This document shows positions 1 through 9,937 of a DNA stretch of 64,000 nucleotides, in pieces (positions within the stretch are counted from its first letter, which is position 1; each line of letters begins with the position of its first letter). Made by a program: the position numbers and the translations under genes. The notes under the pieces were generated by a model. It worked only from the letters and a program-made list of their open reading frames with translations. It did no database searches and was not told the origin of the DNA. Source of the DNA: Fimbriimonadales bacterium (lineage in GTDB: Bacteria; Armatimonadota; Fimbriimonadia; Fimbriimonadales; ATM1); contig JBPCLO010000006.1 in the NCBI GenBank assembly GCA_051003155.1, forward strand, positions 33,704 to 97,703, in the 5' to 3' direction.

Positions 1-562
1 TGGCGATAAATCCGGGAGTATCCTTCGCAAGAACCACGCGTCTGCCCACTCGATCTTCCAGAAAAGCTGTCATTGCCGAAATGGCACCGGGGTCGGTCTC
101 CTCGGTGGGAATCAATTCGATCAGTTTCAAATATCGAGGAGGATTAAAAAAATGCGTTCCGACAAATCTATCTCGAAACAATTTCGATCTGCCATCGCCT
201 AGGAGCCTGATCTCCAAACCGCTTGTGTTTGTGCTGATCATCGCATCGTCACGAAGAACCGGCTCTATCGCTTCGTAAAGCGCTCGCTTCGCGTCCATTT
301 TCTCGATGATCGCTTCGCAAACCCAGTCCGCATCGCGCAGCGCGATCAGATCGTCGGCGAGCGACGCAACCCGAACGCGGTGCACAGCGTCCGGGCCGTA
401 AAAGTGGGGAGGTCGATTTTGCCCAGCTCGGTCGAGTCCGGCCTGCGCGGTCTCGCGCGCTAAATCGAAGAGCGTAACGTCGAAGCCCAGATTGGCAAGG
501 TGCGCCGCGATGCCGCTTCCCATCGTGCCGGCTCCCATAACGGCGACTCTATGCGCGTTCAT
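1..562 (-). CDS. 3-hydroxyacyl-CoA dehydrogenase (FadB/FadN-like), runs off the window edge
   Basis: Manual translation: MNAHRVAVMGAGTMGSGIAAHLANLGFDVT, a Rossmann GxGxxG motif; later DADWVCEAIIE, STNTSGL and THFFNPPRYLKL motifs. Confidence 0.85.
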   Translation of the reverse strand, partial: MNAHRVAVMGAGTMGSGIAAHLANLGFDVTLFDLARETAQAGLDRAGQNRPPHFYGPDAVHRVRVASLADDLIALRDADWVCEAIIEKMDAKRALYEAIEPVLRDDAMISTNTSGLEIRLLGDGRSKLFRDRFVGTHFFNPPRYLKLIELIPTEETDPGAISAMTAFLEDRVGRRVVLAKDTPGFIA

Positions 563-624
563 CCATGAATCGTAAGACATGCGAGGACCTCTGCTGGGCG
601 TCGCCAGCTAGTTCAGAATACCCG

Positions 625-1107
625 TCAGAGGGCCTGCATCCGTGCGGAAACGGCGTGGCAAATTGCGACCGCCAACGCATCCGCGACATCATCCGGCTTA
701 GGAGTCTCCTTCAGACTCAGCAGTCGGGTGACCATGAACTGCACCTGCTTTTTGTCCGCGCTTCCTGAGCCGGTGACCGTCAATTTCACCTGTGGCGGCG
801 TGTACTCGCGCCAAGGCAACTTCATTTCTTCCGCAGCCAACAGCACAACTCCGAGCGCTTTGCTCACGTCGAGCGCTGTGGTGCGGTTTGCCGCAAAGAG
901 AATCGCCTCGGTGGCGATGCAGTCCGGCTTATGGTGGTGGATCAACTCGGCGATTGTGGAATGGAGGTGAAATAGCCTTTCGGGAAGAGGAAGGCCCTTG
1001 TCGGTTTCGACGACGCCATAGACAACAGGCATAAGCGAACTCCCGACTCGGTCTATCACCGCGTAGCCCAGCCGGCCGAAGCCCGGATCGACGCCGAAAA
1101 CCCTCAT
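625..1107 (-). CDS. ruvC: Holliday junction resolvase RuvC
   Basis: MRVFGVDPG...GY, TPPQVK...G.ADKKQV, DDVADALAVA; start overlaps the mutL stop (ATGA). Confidence 0.95.
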   Translation of the reverse strand: MRVFGVDPGFGRLGYAVIDRVGSSLMPVVYGVVETDKGLPLPERLFHLHSTIAELIHHHKPDCIATEAILFAANRTTALDVSKALGVVLLAAEEMKLPWREYTPPQVKLTVTGSGSADKKQVQFMVTRLLSLKETPKPDDVADALAVAICHAVSARMQAL

Positions 1108-2828
1108 GTACGCTTGAACCTCCTCAGCAGCTCGTCGAAGGTCAGCGTGATCGTGATCGGCCGCCCGTGGGGACAAAGATAGGGATTCTCCGTCTCCGCC
1201 AGGTCACGAATCAGTTGATCCATTTCCGGAACCCCAAGCGGGTCTCCTGCTTTCACGGCCATACGGCATGCGCTCGTCGTCCAGATTTTCTCACGCGCGG
1301 ATTGCGAGGCGATGCGACCACCGGTCTGGAGCAGTTCGTCGGCAACGTCGAGGAGCAGCTTCCTGAAGTCCTTCCCGCTCGCGGCAGCAGGGATCGCCCG
1401 AACCAAGAACGCCTGGGCGCCGAAAGGAGACAGGTCGAAGCCTATTCTCCTTAGATCTTCCAGCCGCTCCGAAAGCGCCACCGCCGCGGCGCGCTCGAAT
1501 TCGACCGATTCCGGGGAGAGCAGATGCTGCATTTCCACTGCGCCACCGCCCCGTATGCCGCAAAGATACTCATACAGAACCCGCTCATGCGCAACGTGCT
1601 GATCTACGATCGCGATCCCCCTTTGGGTCGATGCGACGATAAAGGTGTTCATCACCTGACCCAATATCTGCAAGCCGTCCAGGAGCTCGAGAAACGGAAA
1701 GCGAGTAAGCCCGGCGGCTTCGATTGGCCTTTCCTTGAAGAGGTCGGTAACAAGTTCCGCGGGAGCGGACGCATGCAGCCCCACCGAGCCCATTTGCTCA
1801 GTGGCGAAGGAGAACGACGGCGCCGCGGACGGCATCAACCCGTGCTCCATCAGCCCGCCTTTGATGGCGAGCCGCAAGGCGTCGAACGCTGCACCCTCCC
1901 GCTGAAATCTGATCTCCGTTTTCGTGGGGCTGACGTTGATATCCACCTCAGCCGGATCGATGGACAGGTTCACGGCGATGATGGCGTGGCGTCTTTCCGG
2001 AGTGATACTTCGATAGGAAGCGTCCGCAGAGGCAAACAACGTTTTTGACCGTACGGGCCTCCCGTTCACGAAAAAGACCTGGTGGCTGCGGCTCGGCTTG
2101 TTTACATGCGGCGGCCCCACAAAGCCGTGAATTCGTATGCCGCCTACGGTCGTGTCGATTTCAGCTAACGCCCGCGCAAGATCTATTCCCCAAACATGGC
2201 CGAGCGCCTCCATCAGGTCGTCGGTCCCCGTAGTCGTGATCACCGCCTGGTTTCCGAAGCGAAGAGATATTGCAACTTGGGGAAAAGCGACGGCGTATTT
2301 TCCGACTACGTCTGCGATCTGCGAGGCCTCCGTCGTGTCAGTCTTAAGGAACTTGAGCCTTGCAGGGGTGTTTGCGAAGAGGTCTTGTACGACGATCTCG
2401 GTCCCGCGAGGTCCGGCGACAGTCTCAGATCGCGTTATTTCGCCGAATTCGACGTCGATCCGGTGGCGGGCGCCGTCTTCCTCGGCTGTCGAGAGCGCAA
2501 ATCGGCTCACCGCGGCTATGCTGGGAATCGCCTCACCCCGAAAGCCCAGAGAAGTCACTCGATGGAGGTCTCCCGCGACGCGGATCTTGCTAGTCGCGTG
2601 CCTATTCAGCGACATCTCGGCGTCCTCGGGGCCCATGCCGGCACCGTTGTCGGAGACTTTTATCCGCGTACGGCCCGCGTCGTCGCACTGAATGTCGATC
2701 CGCGTCGCCCCCGCATCGACCGCGTTCTCGACAAGCTCCTTAACGACGCTGGAAGGCCGCTCCACAACCTCGCCCGCGGCGATCTGGTTGATGGTGTGCG
2801 GGTCGAGCAGGGCGATACGCCGCGGCAT
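1104..2828 (-). CDS. mutL: DNA mismatch repair protein MutL
   Basis: NQIAAGEVVERP, RHATSK, GFRGEA, DQHVAHER, ACR, CPHGRP motifs. Confidence 0.97.
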   Translation of the reverse strand: MPRRIALLDPHTINQIAAGEVVERPSSVVKELVENAVDAGATRIDIQCDDAGRTRIKVSDNGAGMGPEDAEMSLNRHATSKIRVAGDLHRVTSLGFRGEAIPSIAAVSRFALSTAEEDGARHRIDVEFGEITRSETVAGPRGTEIVVQDLFANTPARLKFLKTDTTEASQIADVVGKYAVAFPQVAISLRFGNQAVITTTGTDDLMEALGHVWGIDLARALAEIDTTVGGIRIHGFVGPPHVNKPSRSHQVFFVNGRPVRSKTLFASADASYRSITPERRHAIIAVNLSIDPAEVDINVSPTKTEIRFQREGAAFDALRLAIKGGLMEHGLMPSAAPSFSFATEQMGSVGLHASAPAELVTDLFKERPIEAAGLTRFPFLELLDGLQILGQVMNTFIVASTQRGIAIVDQHVAHERVLYEYLCGIRGGGAVEMQHLLSPESVEFERAAAVALSERLEDLRRIGFDLSPFGAQAFLVRAIPAAASGKDFRKLLLDVADELLQTGGRIASQSAREKIWTTSACRMAVKAGDPLGVPEMDQLIRDLAETENPYLCPHGRPITITLTFDELLRRFKRT

Positions 2829-2934
2829 TGGACAATCTTACCCATGACCCGCTCGGGCCGGACAGCCGTCTAAATAATTGTACTGGGAGCACCCAGGCAC
2901 CTTCGCCCGCCGGCAAAAACCAACAGGAGTATTC

Positions 2935-4419
2935 ACGACGGCAAGCCGCCTTTACCTTAGCTTTTTATTACTGTTGGTCCTTCTCGCCCTCCCCATAAGA
3001 TCGCCTGCCCAAGGCTCGCCCGACATTTTATGCGAGCACTCCGACGTCCTCTCGCAAGCCGTGCACGTGCAGGGTGTAATAAGAATTCACAGCGCCATCA
3101 CGGGAGCATTGGTTTAGTCGACGTCGCTGACGACATTGAATGTGCCCATCGATAGGCGCAGGCTTGCCAGTTCGTTTCCTAAGTAAATGGACTCATACGA
3201 AAAGTCGTTGATCGACCATTTGGAAGCATTGCGATTCCCAGCGGACCATCATTAGTTGCTGTTTGCGTGCGCGAACGTCGGTGGAACGAACGGCAGTTCC
3301 AAGGTCGTCTAAAGAGATGTGACATGCAATCAGCTCAATCACGGCGCATTTCGCAGGGATGAACCCTACCTCGGTACATGGCCTGGAATCCTCGCGAACG
3401 GCGGGCCGGAGTTGATGCTCAGCAATAGTCCAGAGCTTATTCCAGTCGGTTTAGCGTTGCCGGCGACGCTTTACAGGTGCTCCATGGGCGTTAGCGCTGG
3501 TGGTCGATCTGTCCGTTCCTATTTGTGGCACAAAAACAATACCATCAGCCCGATCAATGTCGGGCTCGTCGGCGGGGTGTCAACTGGCCCCGTAACATTG
3601 AGCAATATCCGCGTCCAGAAGGAGGTCGGTTCGTCCTTGCCCTCGATGGGAATCTGCACCGCCAAAGCCCAGTTGTACAATAGCTACAATAGCGTTGCCG
3701 GTAGCATCGTTCTGTCCGCCGACCAAATGATCATGCCCGCTGTGGCAACCTTGCAGCCTGGACAAACGCTAGGTTGTGTTCTCGAATTCGATGCGACGGG
3801 CAGCTTTCTTGGTTCGGTACTCTTTTCTTCGCACCGTCGCCTACACGGGTTCTCCGGGCGTTGTGCCGAACAATTATAATGACCCCGTCGCTCCCCGCGA
3901 TCGCGGACATCCGCGGGGACACTGGTCGTACGCCGATTCGATTTTCGATGGCGGCACTCTCGTATTTCCGGACGAGTCGGAACGGCTAAATTGGAGCTTC
4001 GATGCTGCGATGCCGGTGCGATTGAAGAATTGACATACCCGGATCAATTCATTGATCCGCTCGACAGTGCGAATGAAGGCTTATACGGTGTAAACCTAAC
4101 TTATAGGTTTATCCTTGTCAACAATTTCACTAACTCCCGTGATGCCTGGGTCTTCCTTCGGGCGCTGAATACTGGTGAGCCCTACTTTGGCGCCGGTAGC
4201 ATTTCTTCTCAGGGCTCATATCCTGATCGAGGAGTGCCGATAATCGCCCACGAGGTGGCCGATTCCCCCAACAATTTTGTCCACTTAACGCACGTCGATC
4301 CGATAACGGTGCCGCAGAGCAGCTCGACCCCGATCTACGTACGCGTTGCCAATGGCGGGGCGGCGACCATGCCGTTTATGATCCTTATTTCGACGATTAA
4401 CGTCGCGATAGACGATTGA
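2935..4419 (+). pseudogene. Fragmented secreted hypothetical protein, disrupted by stops and at least two frameshifts
   Basis: AGGAG followed by ACG and a signal-peptide-like stretch (2935-3117); consecutive overlapping ORFs 3319-3879, 3776-4033 and 3991-4419 read as one protein (SNSPE...YLWHKN...RGHW...EGLYGVNL); GC appears lower than the flanks. Confidence 0.55.
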
Positions 4420-4426
4420 GGTAAAA

Positions 4427-5329
4427 ATGATATCCACAATGCTCGTCGCCGGCTTGCTTTTCCAGCAGCCATTTATTGACCGGAAGGTCGGCAATGCAAA
4501 GCTGGGGCAAGCTCTGCCTAACGCAGGCATATACAATCTGGGTATTAGGTACATCGTAAGTGATGACGGCAAGATGTTGTGGCAAACAGCCGGCGCATGG
4601 TGCGACCGTTATTGGCTTGAATCGGAGAGAGCATTAGTCGGTGAGACGCTGCATTTTTTCCTCGAGCGAGGCAAGATCGTCTCTCTTACGATGAGCCAAA
4701 GCGCCCACGCGGTCCGTCCCGCCCAGAGTTTGCGAATCGGGACTCCAATCCCTCTATCGGCGCCAACTTCCACGGACTTGTGGTTGTTCGTTGATGCAAA
4801 CGGGCATCAGTGCGTTTCTCACGTCTTTTTCGACAAACGGGGACTTCATCCAAACCGGGATGTGCAATCGCCAGATCGTCACATCTGGGCTTTATCGTTT
4901 GCTTCGGTGGGAAGAAGCTATACTGTCTATGCCGGAATAGACTCTCCAAGCGGATGGTCATTCGCGACCTACGTCTTGTCAGGAGATAACCTCAAGCGCA
5001 CAGCCAGAAGCAGACTCCCCGCAGGTTTGCATCCCTTGGACTACGATCCGAAGAGCCGTCGCCTGGTTGGGCTAAACAAGAAGAACAAAATCCTCTATCT
5101 CTATCACGTGCCCAGCAAGTCTCTTAAGAAAATGTCATTGCCCGAGGACGCGGATTACTTCTTTACGCGAGGGAAGCTGCACCGGCAGGCCAACGGACCG
5201 CTTTACGTCTTCGAGAACAATGCTTGGAGAAAAGTGTTCGACAATTATCTGATCGCCCAAAGCGCGAACGACAAGTATTGGCTAATCGAGCGCCAAGAAG
5301 GCTCCGTTTGGCTAAGAGAGTATCGGTAG
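4427..5329 (+). CDS. Hypothetical protein, probably exported
   Basis: 300-aa ORF with GAGG RBS and hydrophobic N-terminus; beta-rich, aromatic composition. Confidence 0.65.
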   Translation: MISTMLVAGLLFQQPFIDRKVGNAKLGQALPNAGIYNLGIRYIVSDDGKMLWQTAGAWCDRYWLESERALVGETLHFFLERGKIVSLTMSQSAHAVRPAQSLRIGTPIPLSAPTSTDLWLFVDANGHQCVSHVFFDKRGLHPNRDVQSPDRHIWALSFASVGRSYTVYAGIDSPSGWSFATYVLSGDNLKRTARSRLPAGLHPLDYDPKSRRLVGLNKKNKILYLYHVPSKSLKKMSLPEDADYFFTRGKLHRQANGPLYVFENNAWRKVFDNYLIAQSANDKYWLIERQEGSVWLREYR

Positions 5330-5426
5330 ATCGGCGAATAAGAGTTGAGCAAAGCCGTCGCGTAACGGGCACTTTCGACCTAGTGGATCCGTAGTTCAAC
5401 TGGAACCACCGGTCTCCACCTAGCCC

Positions 5427-6200
5427 ATGCGAGTCCTCCCATCTTTGTTCGTGTCGATTCTGCTCGCCTCATCATGGGCCGACAAGTTGACCCTCGACGA
5501 GGCCGTGGCGTACGCCAGGGAGCACAACGGCCGCATCGCCGCCGCCCAGTTGGACTACCTCGCCTCGCGCTCGGCCATCACCGTCGCGAACGCGGCGTTC
5601 TGGCCCAGAATCACTTCCCAATACCGGTATGTGAATCAGAGGCAAGTACTAGGAACGGGAGACGAGGCTTTCAATGATTTGTCCATTGGCCTAAACTGGC
5701 TTCTCATCGACGCGGGGCAGCGCAGCTTCAACGTTGCGCGAACGAAGAAGCTGAGCGAGGCCGTGGGGCTTTCAGCACGCAACACGCTTCGCGGAACACT
5801 TTTCACCGTCGTCCTCCAGTTTCATGAAGCCTTGCGAGCCCAGGAGTTGCTTCGCGTTTCAGACGCCCAGCTCGACCGTGCAGAGGAAACATTATCGGTG
5901 ACCAAGACTCAGGTTGAGGTAGGGGGAGTCGCACGGAAGGAGATCCTACAAGCCGAAGCAGACCGGGCGAACGCCGTCGTCGCAAAGCTGAGCGCCGCCA
6001 ACGCGGTCAACACTTTTCACGCGGCGCTGAAGGCGATGATCGGATGGGAGCCACAGGAGGAACTGCCCGCTTTAGCCGCCCCACCGGTTCCGGAATTTCC
6101 GGCCACCGTCCCCACTCTGGAAGATCGTCGGCATCTTTTTCGGCTTCTATCCGGCGTATCTCGCCAGCAAACTCGAGCCCATCGAGGCGCTGCGAAGTGA
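5427..6200 (+). pseudogene. TolC-family outer membrane efflux protein, truncated (N-terminal half only)
   Basis: Signal peptide, LTLDEAVAYA and one OEP helical repeat; similarity ends near 6120. Confidence 0.7.
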
Positions 6201-6204
6201 CTAA
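6124..6204 (+). pseudogene. C-terminal remnant of a MacB/FtsX-type ABC permease
   Basis: Frame from 6124 reads [26 protein letters not shown], the typical MacB-family C-terminus. Confidence 0.8.
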
Positions 6205-6943
6205 GGCCGTCATCGAAGCCGTCGATATCGCGAAGGACTACACGATGGGCAGCGTGGTCGTCCACGCTCTGTGCGGCGTTTCCGCCACTATAGACGAGGG
6301 CGAGTTCGTCGCCATCATGGGGCCCTCCGGGTCGGGGAAGTCGACGTTCATGAATATCCTCGGCCTCCTCGACCGGCCGACGTCGGGCAACTACACCCTG
6401 AGCGGCGAGGCGGTGGCCGACCTGAATGACAACCGACAAGCCGCAATCCGCAACAAGTTTATCGGCTTCGTTTTCCAAACCTTCAACCTGCTGCCGCGAA
6501 CGTCCGCGCTCCGAAATGTTGAGCTTCCGATGGTCTACGCGAGTGTCCGAGACCGCATCGGGCCCGCCAAGAAGGCGCTCACCCGAGTAAGCCTCACCGA
6601 CCGGATGCATCACCGTCCCAATGAATTATCGGGCGGCCAGCAGCAGCGCGTCGCCATCGCGCGTGCCATCGTGAACGATCCCGTCCTGATCCTCGCCGAC
6701 GAGCCCACCGGCAACCTCGACAGCCGCACTGGCGAAGAGATCCTCGCGCTGTTTCAAGAGTTCAACCGCGAAGCCAAGACGGTCGTCCTCGTGACCCACG
6801 AAGAGGACGTCGCCGAGCACTGCAAACGCGTCATCCGCTTCCGCGACGGCAATATCGTAAGCGACGAGCCGGTTGCCGAACCCATCGACGCGAGAGAAGT
6901 TCTGGACCGAATGGGCGCCCCTCTATCGACGCCATCGGCGTGA
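6197..6943 (+). CDS. ABC transporter ATP-binding protein (MacB/LolD-like)
   Basis: [44 protein letters not shown] start at 6197. Confidence 0.93.
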   Translation: MTKAVIEAVDIAKDYTMGSVVVHALCGVSATIDEGEFVAIMGPSGSGKSTFMNILGLLDRPTSGNYTLSGEAVADLNDNRQAAIRNKFIGFVFQTFNLLPRTSALRNVELPMVYASVRDRIGPAKKALTRVSLTDRMHHRPNELSGGQQQRVAIARAIVNDPVLILADEPTGNLDSRTGEEILALFQEFNREAKTVVLVTHEEDVAEHCKRVIRFRDGNIVSDEPVAEPIDAREVLDRMGAPLSTPSA

Positions 6944-7120
6944 CGGGCCACTAACCCTGAGGGCGCCGGTCGTAATGTTGAGGGCGTCGGTTGTATTGTC
7001 CAGGCGGCCTTCAGGTAAACCATCCCAATGCCCAAGTGCCCCGGCAGAACAAGAGAAATCGGCGGGGATCGATCCAGGTTCTTGCCTACATCGACCTAGG
7101 ATCTATCGTCTTCGGCATAT

Positions 7121-7498
7121 ATGTACGAACACCGCGCCGCTGCGCCTCTAACAAGGCGCGAGTTCGCAGCCCGGGCCACTACGCATGTGATTCTGGCGTC
7201 TTGCCTGCTAGGCTTGGCGCTGGGGATCGGCGTCGCCGGATACCATTTCGCCTGTGGGCTCTCGTGGATCGATTCGCTCTACAACGCGTCGATGATCCTC
7301 GGCGGAATGGGGCCGGCAAACGAGCTTCAAACGGATTCCGGAAAAGCTTTCGCGTCCTTCTACGCTCTGTTCTCCGGCCTATTCTTCATCGCTATCGCCG
7401 GCTTCATCATCGCGCCGTTCGCCCACCGAATGCTGCACCATTTCCACTGGGACGAGTCCCTGGAACAATCCGACGATGGCGACACTTCGCAGGCCTGA
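7121..7498 (+). CDS. Small membrane protein, ion-channel-like (two TM helices plus pore-like segment)
   Basis: LSWIDSLYNASMILGGMGP...GKAFASFYALFSG between hydrophobic helices. Confidence 0.7.
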   Translation: MYEHRAAAPLTRREFAARATTHVILASCLLGLALGIGVAGYHFACGLSWIDSLYNASMILGGMGPANELQTDSGKAFASFYALFSGLFFIAIAGFIIAPFAHRMLHHFHWDESLEQSDDGDTSQA

Positions 7499-7541
7499 GT
7501 CGGGGTCACGCGTCGCTCGGCGTCCGGGTATCTTGCCAGCC

Positions 7542-8033
7542 ATGATCGAGAGATACCGGCGCTGGCATGAGCACGAGCGCGATGCGAACGACAAGATGAT
7601 CGCCATGCTCGAATCCGTGCCCCAAGAGCAACAGGGAGACCCAAGATTTGCGCGAGCGGTCGACTATGCGGCCCACATCGGGGGTTGCCGCGTGAACTGG
7701 CTCGACCGGATCGAGGGCAGGGAACCGACGGTGGATTGGTTTCCGGAGAACACACCGCTCGAATCACTCGGCCCGCTGTTCGAGAAGAGCGAGGCACGGT
7801 GGCTCGACCCGCTAAGCGACGACGACCTCAACCGCGATTTCGAGTACAACGCCCGCGACGGCAGTCGCTATCGTTGGTACGTCGTGGGCCAGATCGTACA
7901 ACTCTTTGGGCACGCGTTCTATCACCGAGGCATGGTCGCAATGATTGTCGACGACCTCGGCGGCGCGAAGGTCGATACCGACTACCTTTTCTGGGCTTTC
8001 GACCAGGACGAGCGTTACGGACGCATCGACTAA
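7542..8033 (+). CDS. DinB/YfiT-family putative metalloenzyme
   Basis: AHI...WLDRI and HAFYHRG histidine motifs. Confidence 0.8.
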   Translation: MIERYRRWHEHERDANDKMIAMLESVPQEQQGDPRFARAVDYAAHIGGCRVNWLDRIEGREPTVDWFPENTPLESLGPLFEKSEARWLDPLSDDDLNRDFEYNARDGSRYRWYVVGQIVQLFGHAFYHRGMVAMIVDDLGGAKVDTDYLFWAFDQDERYGRID

Positions 8034-8036
8034 TAT

Positions 8037-8549
8037 CGACCGCCGACAGACGACTGCCGGCCGCGCAGTAGAGAGCTTTGAACTCGATCGTGGAGGGGGA
8101 ACGTCCTCGTGAGACGAATCGTGCTTGCTATCCGGTCAGACGACGAGGCACGTGCGCAAACATCTGTTAGACTGCCGCTATGGGATGGGTAGAGTTCGTT
8201 AGGGAGATGCAACAGGGCGGGGCCATCTGACCGGCTTTTGGGGAACTTGGGAGCTGAAGGACGGAAAGTACCTGCTCACGGGTACCGTCGGCCCGAGGGG
8301 GAAGGTCGATGGTAAAGACACGGTAGAGTTTGGGACTGAGGGTCCAACGTGGGTATTCGACCGAATGCCTGCGGACGAGCCGTACGTGATACCGCTTGAA
8401 GGCCAAAAAGTGACGAACTCCAGAGAGTGGCTTGCTACAGCGTCGCCCTCCGGGTCTGCAGTTTGCACCAGGATCGGCTAGCTAAAGCTGCGCCCCCCGG
8501 GTCTGCAGTCTGTAGTCTTCTCCGGTCGGCAGTCGTCCGTCGGCAGTCG
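8037..8549. repeat. 26-bp inverted repeat pair built from heptamer units, bracketing a gene remnant
   Basis: 8037-8062 CGACCGCCGACAGACGACTGCCGGCC vs 8524-8549 GGTCGGCAGTCGTCCGTCGGCAGTCG; 23/26 complementary. Confidence 0.7.
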
Positions 8550-8562
8550 GCAGTCGAGCAGG

Positions 8563-8900
8563 GGGGAGTCGGCCTGTAAGCCGGGTTCTGTCTTTGTGCG
8601 GCGATCTATCTGGGCTCCTCGTCGCCGAGAAGCTCGTGCGGCCAACCCGAAGGGTCTGCGGGCAGCGTCGTCCCCTTCCTATTTGGCCTTGCTCCGGGCG
8701 GGGTTTGCACGGCCGCCTTGTTGCCAAGACGCCGGTGAGCTCTTACCTCACCATTTCACCCTTACCCCTTTCGAGGCGGTATGTTTCTGTTGCACTTTCC
8801 GTCGGCTCGCGCCGCCCAGGCGTTACCTGGCGCCTTGCCCTATGGAGCCCGGACTTTCCTCCCCGGCTCGCGCCGAGGCCGCTCGCCCGGCCGACTCCCC
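8563..8900 (-). ncRNA. rnpB: RNase P RNA (type A)
   Basis: Minus strand: 5' GGGGAGUCGGCCGG...GAGGAAAGUCCGGGCUCC...GAAAGUGCAACAGAAAC...GACAGAACCCGGCUUACAGGCCGACUCCCC 3'; the termini pair. Confidence 0.97.
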
Positions 8901-9002
8901 TTTTATTAAACCACGGGAAGCTGTAAAAGGTTTCGACTGGCGACTGGCGACTTGCCGAGCCGGATTGGGATCACTTGGCGGCTAAGTGTCGCCCTCCAGG
9001 GC

Positions 9003-9572
9003 TTAGATAGAACCGCGCGTGCCTGGCTTAGACACCGGAATCGACGCCAAGTCTGCCGGCACCTCGTCTGGAGCATAGCTCGTCGCCGAAACCTTGACTG
9101 CGGCAAAGAACGGGGCGCCGAAATCGACCGGTGTTTCGCTGCGATCGACCAAGACCGCTACCCCGGCCACCTCAGCGTCGAGCGACCGAAGCAGTTCGGC
9201 CACCTCGATGACGCTCGCGCCGGTCGTGAACACGTCATCCACGATCAGGACGCGCGCTCCCGGAGCTACCGAAGCGCCGCGTCGCAGAGCCCTTTTCCCG
9301 TTCTCGCTTTCCACATAGAGCGCGGGCTTGCCCATGCGGCGGGCGGCTTCGAAAGCGACGATGATTCCGCCCGTGGTTGGTCCGGCGACCAAGTCGATCT
9401 CCGCGCCACCAAAGTGGTCAGCGATCTCGGCGCAGACTTCGCTCAAGACATCCGGCCGCTCCAACACGCGAAACTTCTCGAAATACGTGTCGCTGTGCCG
9501 CCCGGAAGTCAGCAGGAAATGGCCCGTCAGAATCGCCCCGCTCTCCTGCAAAAGCTTGTAAAGGTCCGCCAT
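9003..9572 (-). CDS. pyrE: Orotate phosphoribosyltransferase
   Basis: GHFLLTSGRHS; PRPP motif VLIVDDVFTTGAS. Confidence 0.95.
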   Translation of the reverse strand: MADLYKLLQESGAILTGHFLLTSGRHSDTYFEKFRVLERPDVLSEVCAEIADHFGGAEIDLVAGPTTGGIIVAFEAARRMGKPALYVESENGKRALRRGASVAPGARVLIVDDVFTTGASVIEVAELLRSLDAEVAGVAVLVDRSETPVDFGAPFFAAVKVSATSYAPDEVPADLASIPVSKPGTRGSI

Positions 9573-9937
9573 CAGTCCCCGGTTCGGCTAAACGGCTTGA
9601 GCGCCTTGACGATCTCGTTCTTCTCGTCGAGAATCACGATTTTTGGGGCAACATCCTCGTCGGTAAACGCGAATGACGCGATGATCAGCCGCTCACCGAC
9701 CTTCACACGGTGCGCAGCCGCGCCGTTCACTCCGAACTCGCCCTTCGGCCCCGTGAAAGCATAAGTCGTGAACCGCTCGCCGTTCTCCACGTTCCAAACG
9801 TAAATGAACTCGCCGTCGAGCAGGCCCACAGCTGCCATGACCTCCGAGCACATCTCGACGCTACCGACGTAATCCGGGTTCGCGTAGGTCACGCGCGCGT
9901 GATGAATCTTCGACTTCAAAAGGGTGAGTAATTTCAT
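9572..9937 (-). CDS. panD: Aspartate 1-decarboxylase
   Basis: LKSKIH.A.VT...YVGS, NGERFTTY, NGAAAH. Confidence 0.96.
   Translation of the reverse strand: MKLLTLLKSKIHHARVTYANPDYVGSVEMCSEVMAAVGLLDGEFIYVWNVENGERFTTYAFTGPKGEFGVNGAAAHRVKVGERLIIASFAFTDEDVAPKIVILDEKNEIVKALKPFSRTGD

Noticed and set aside
8594..8985. Protein-coding ORFs over 8594-8985
   Set aside because: The region is the RNase P RNA gene on the minus strand.
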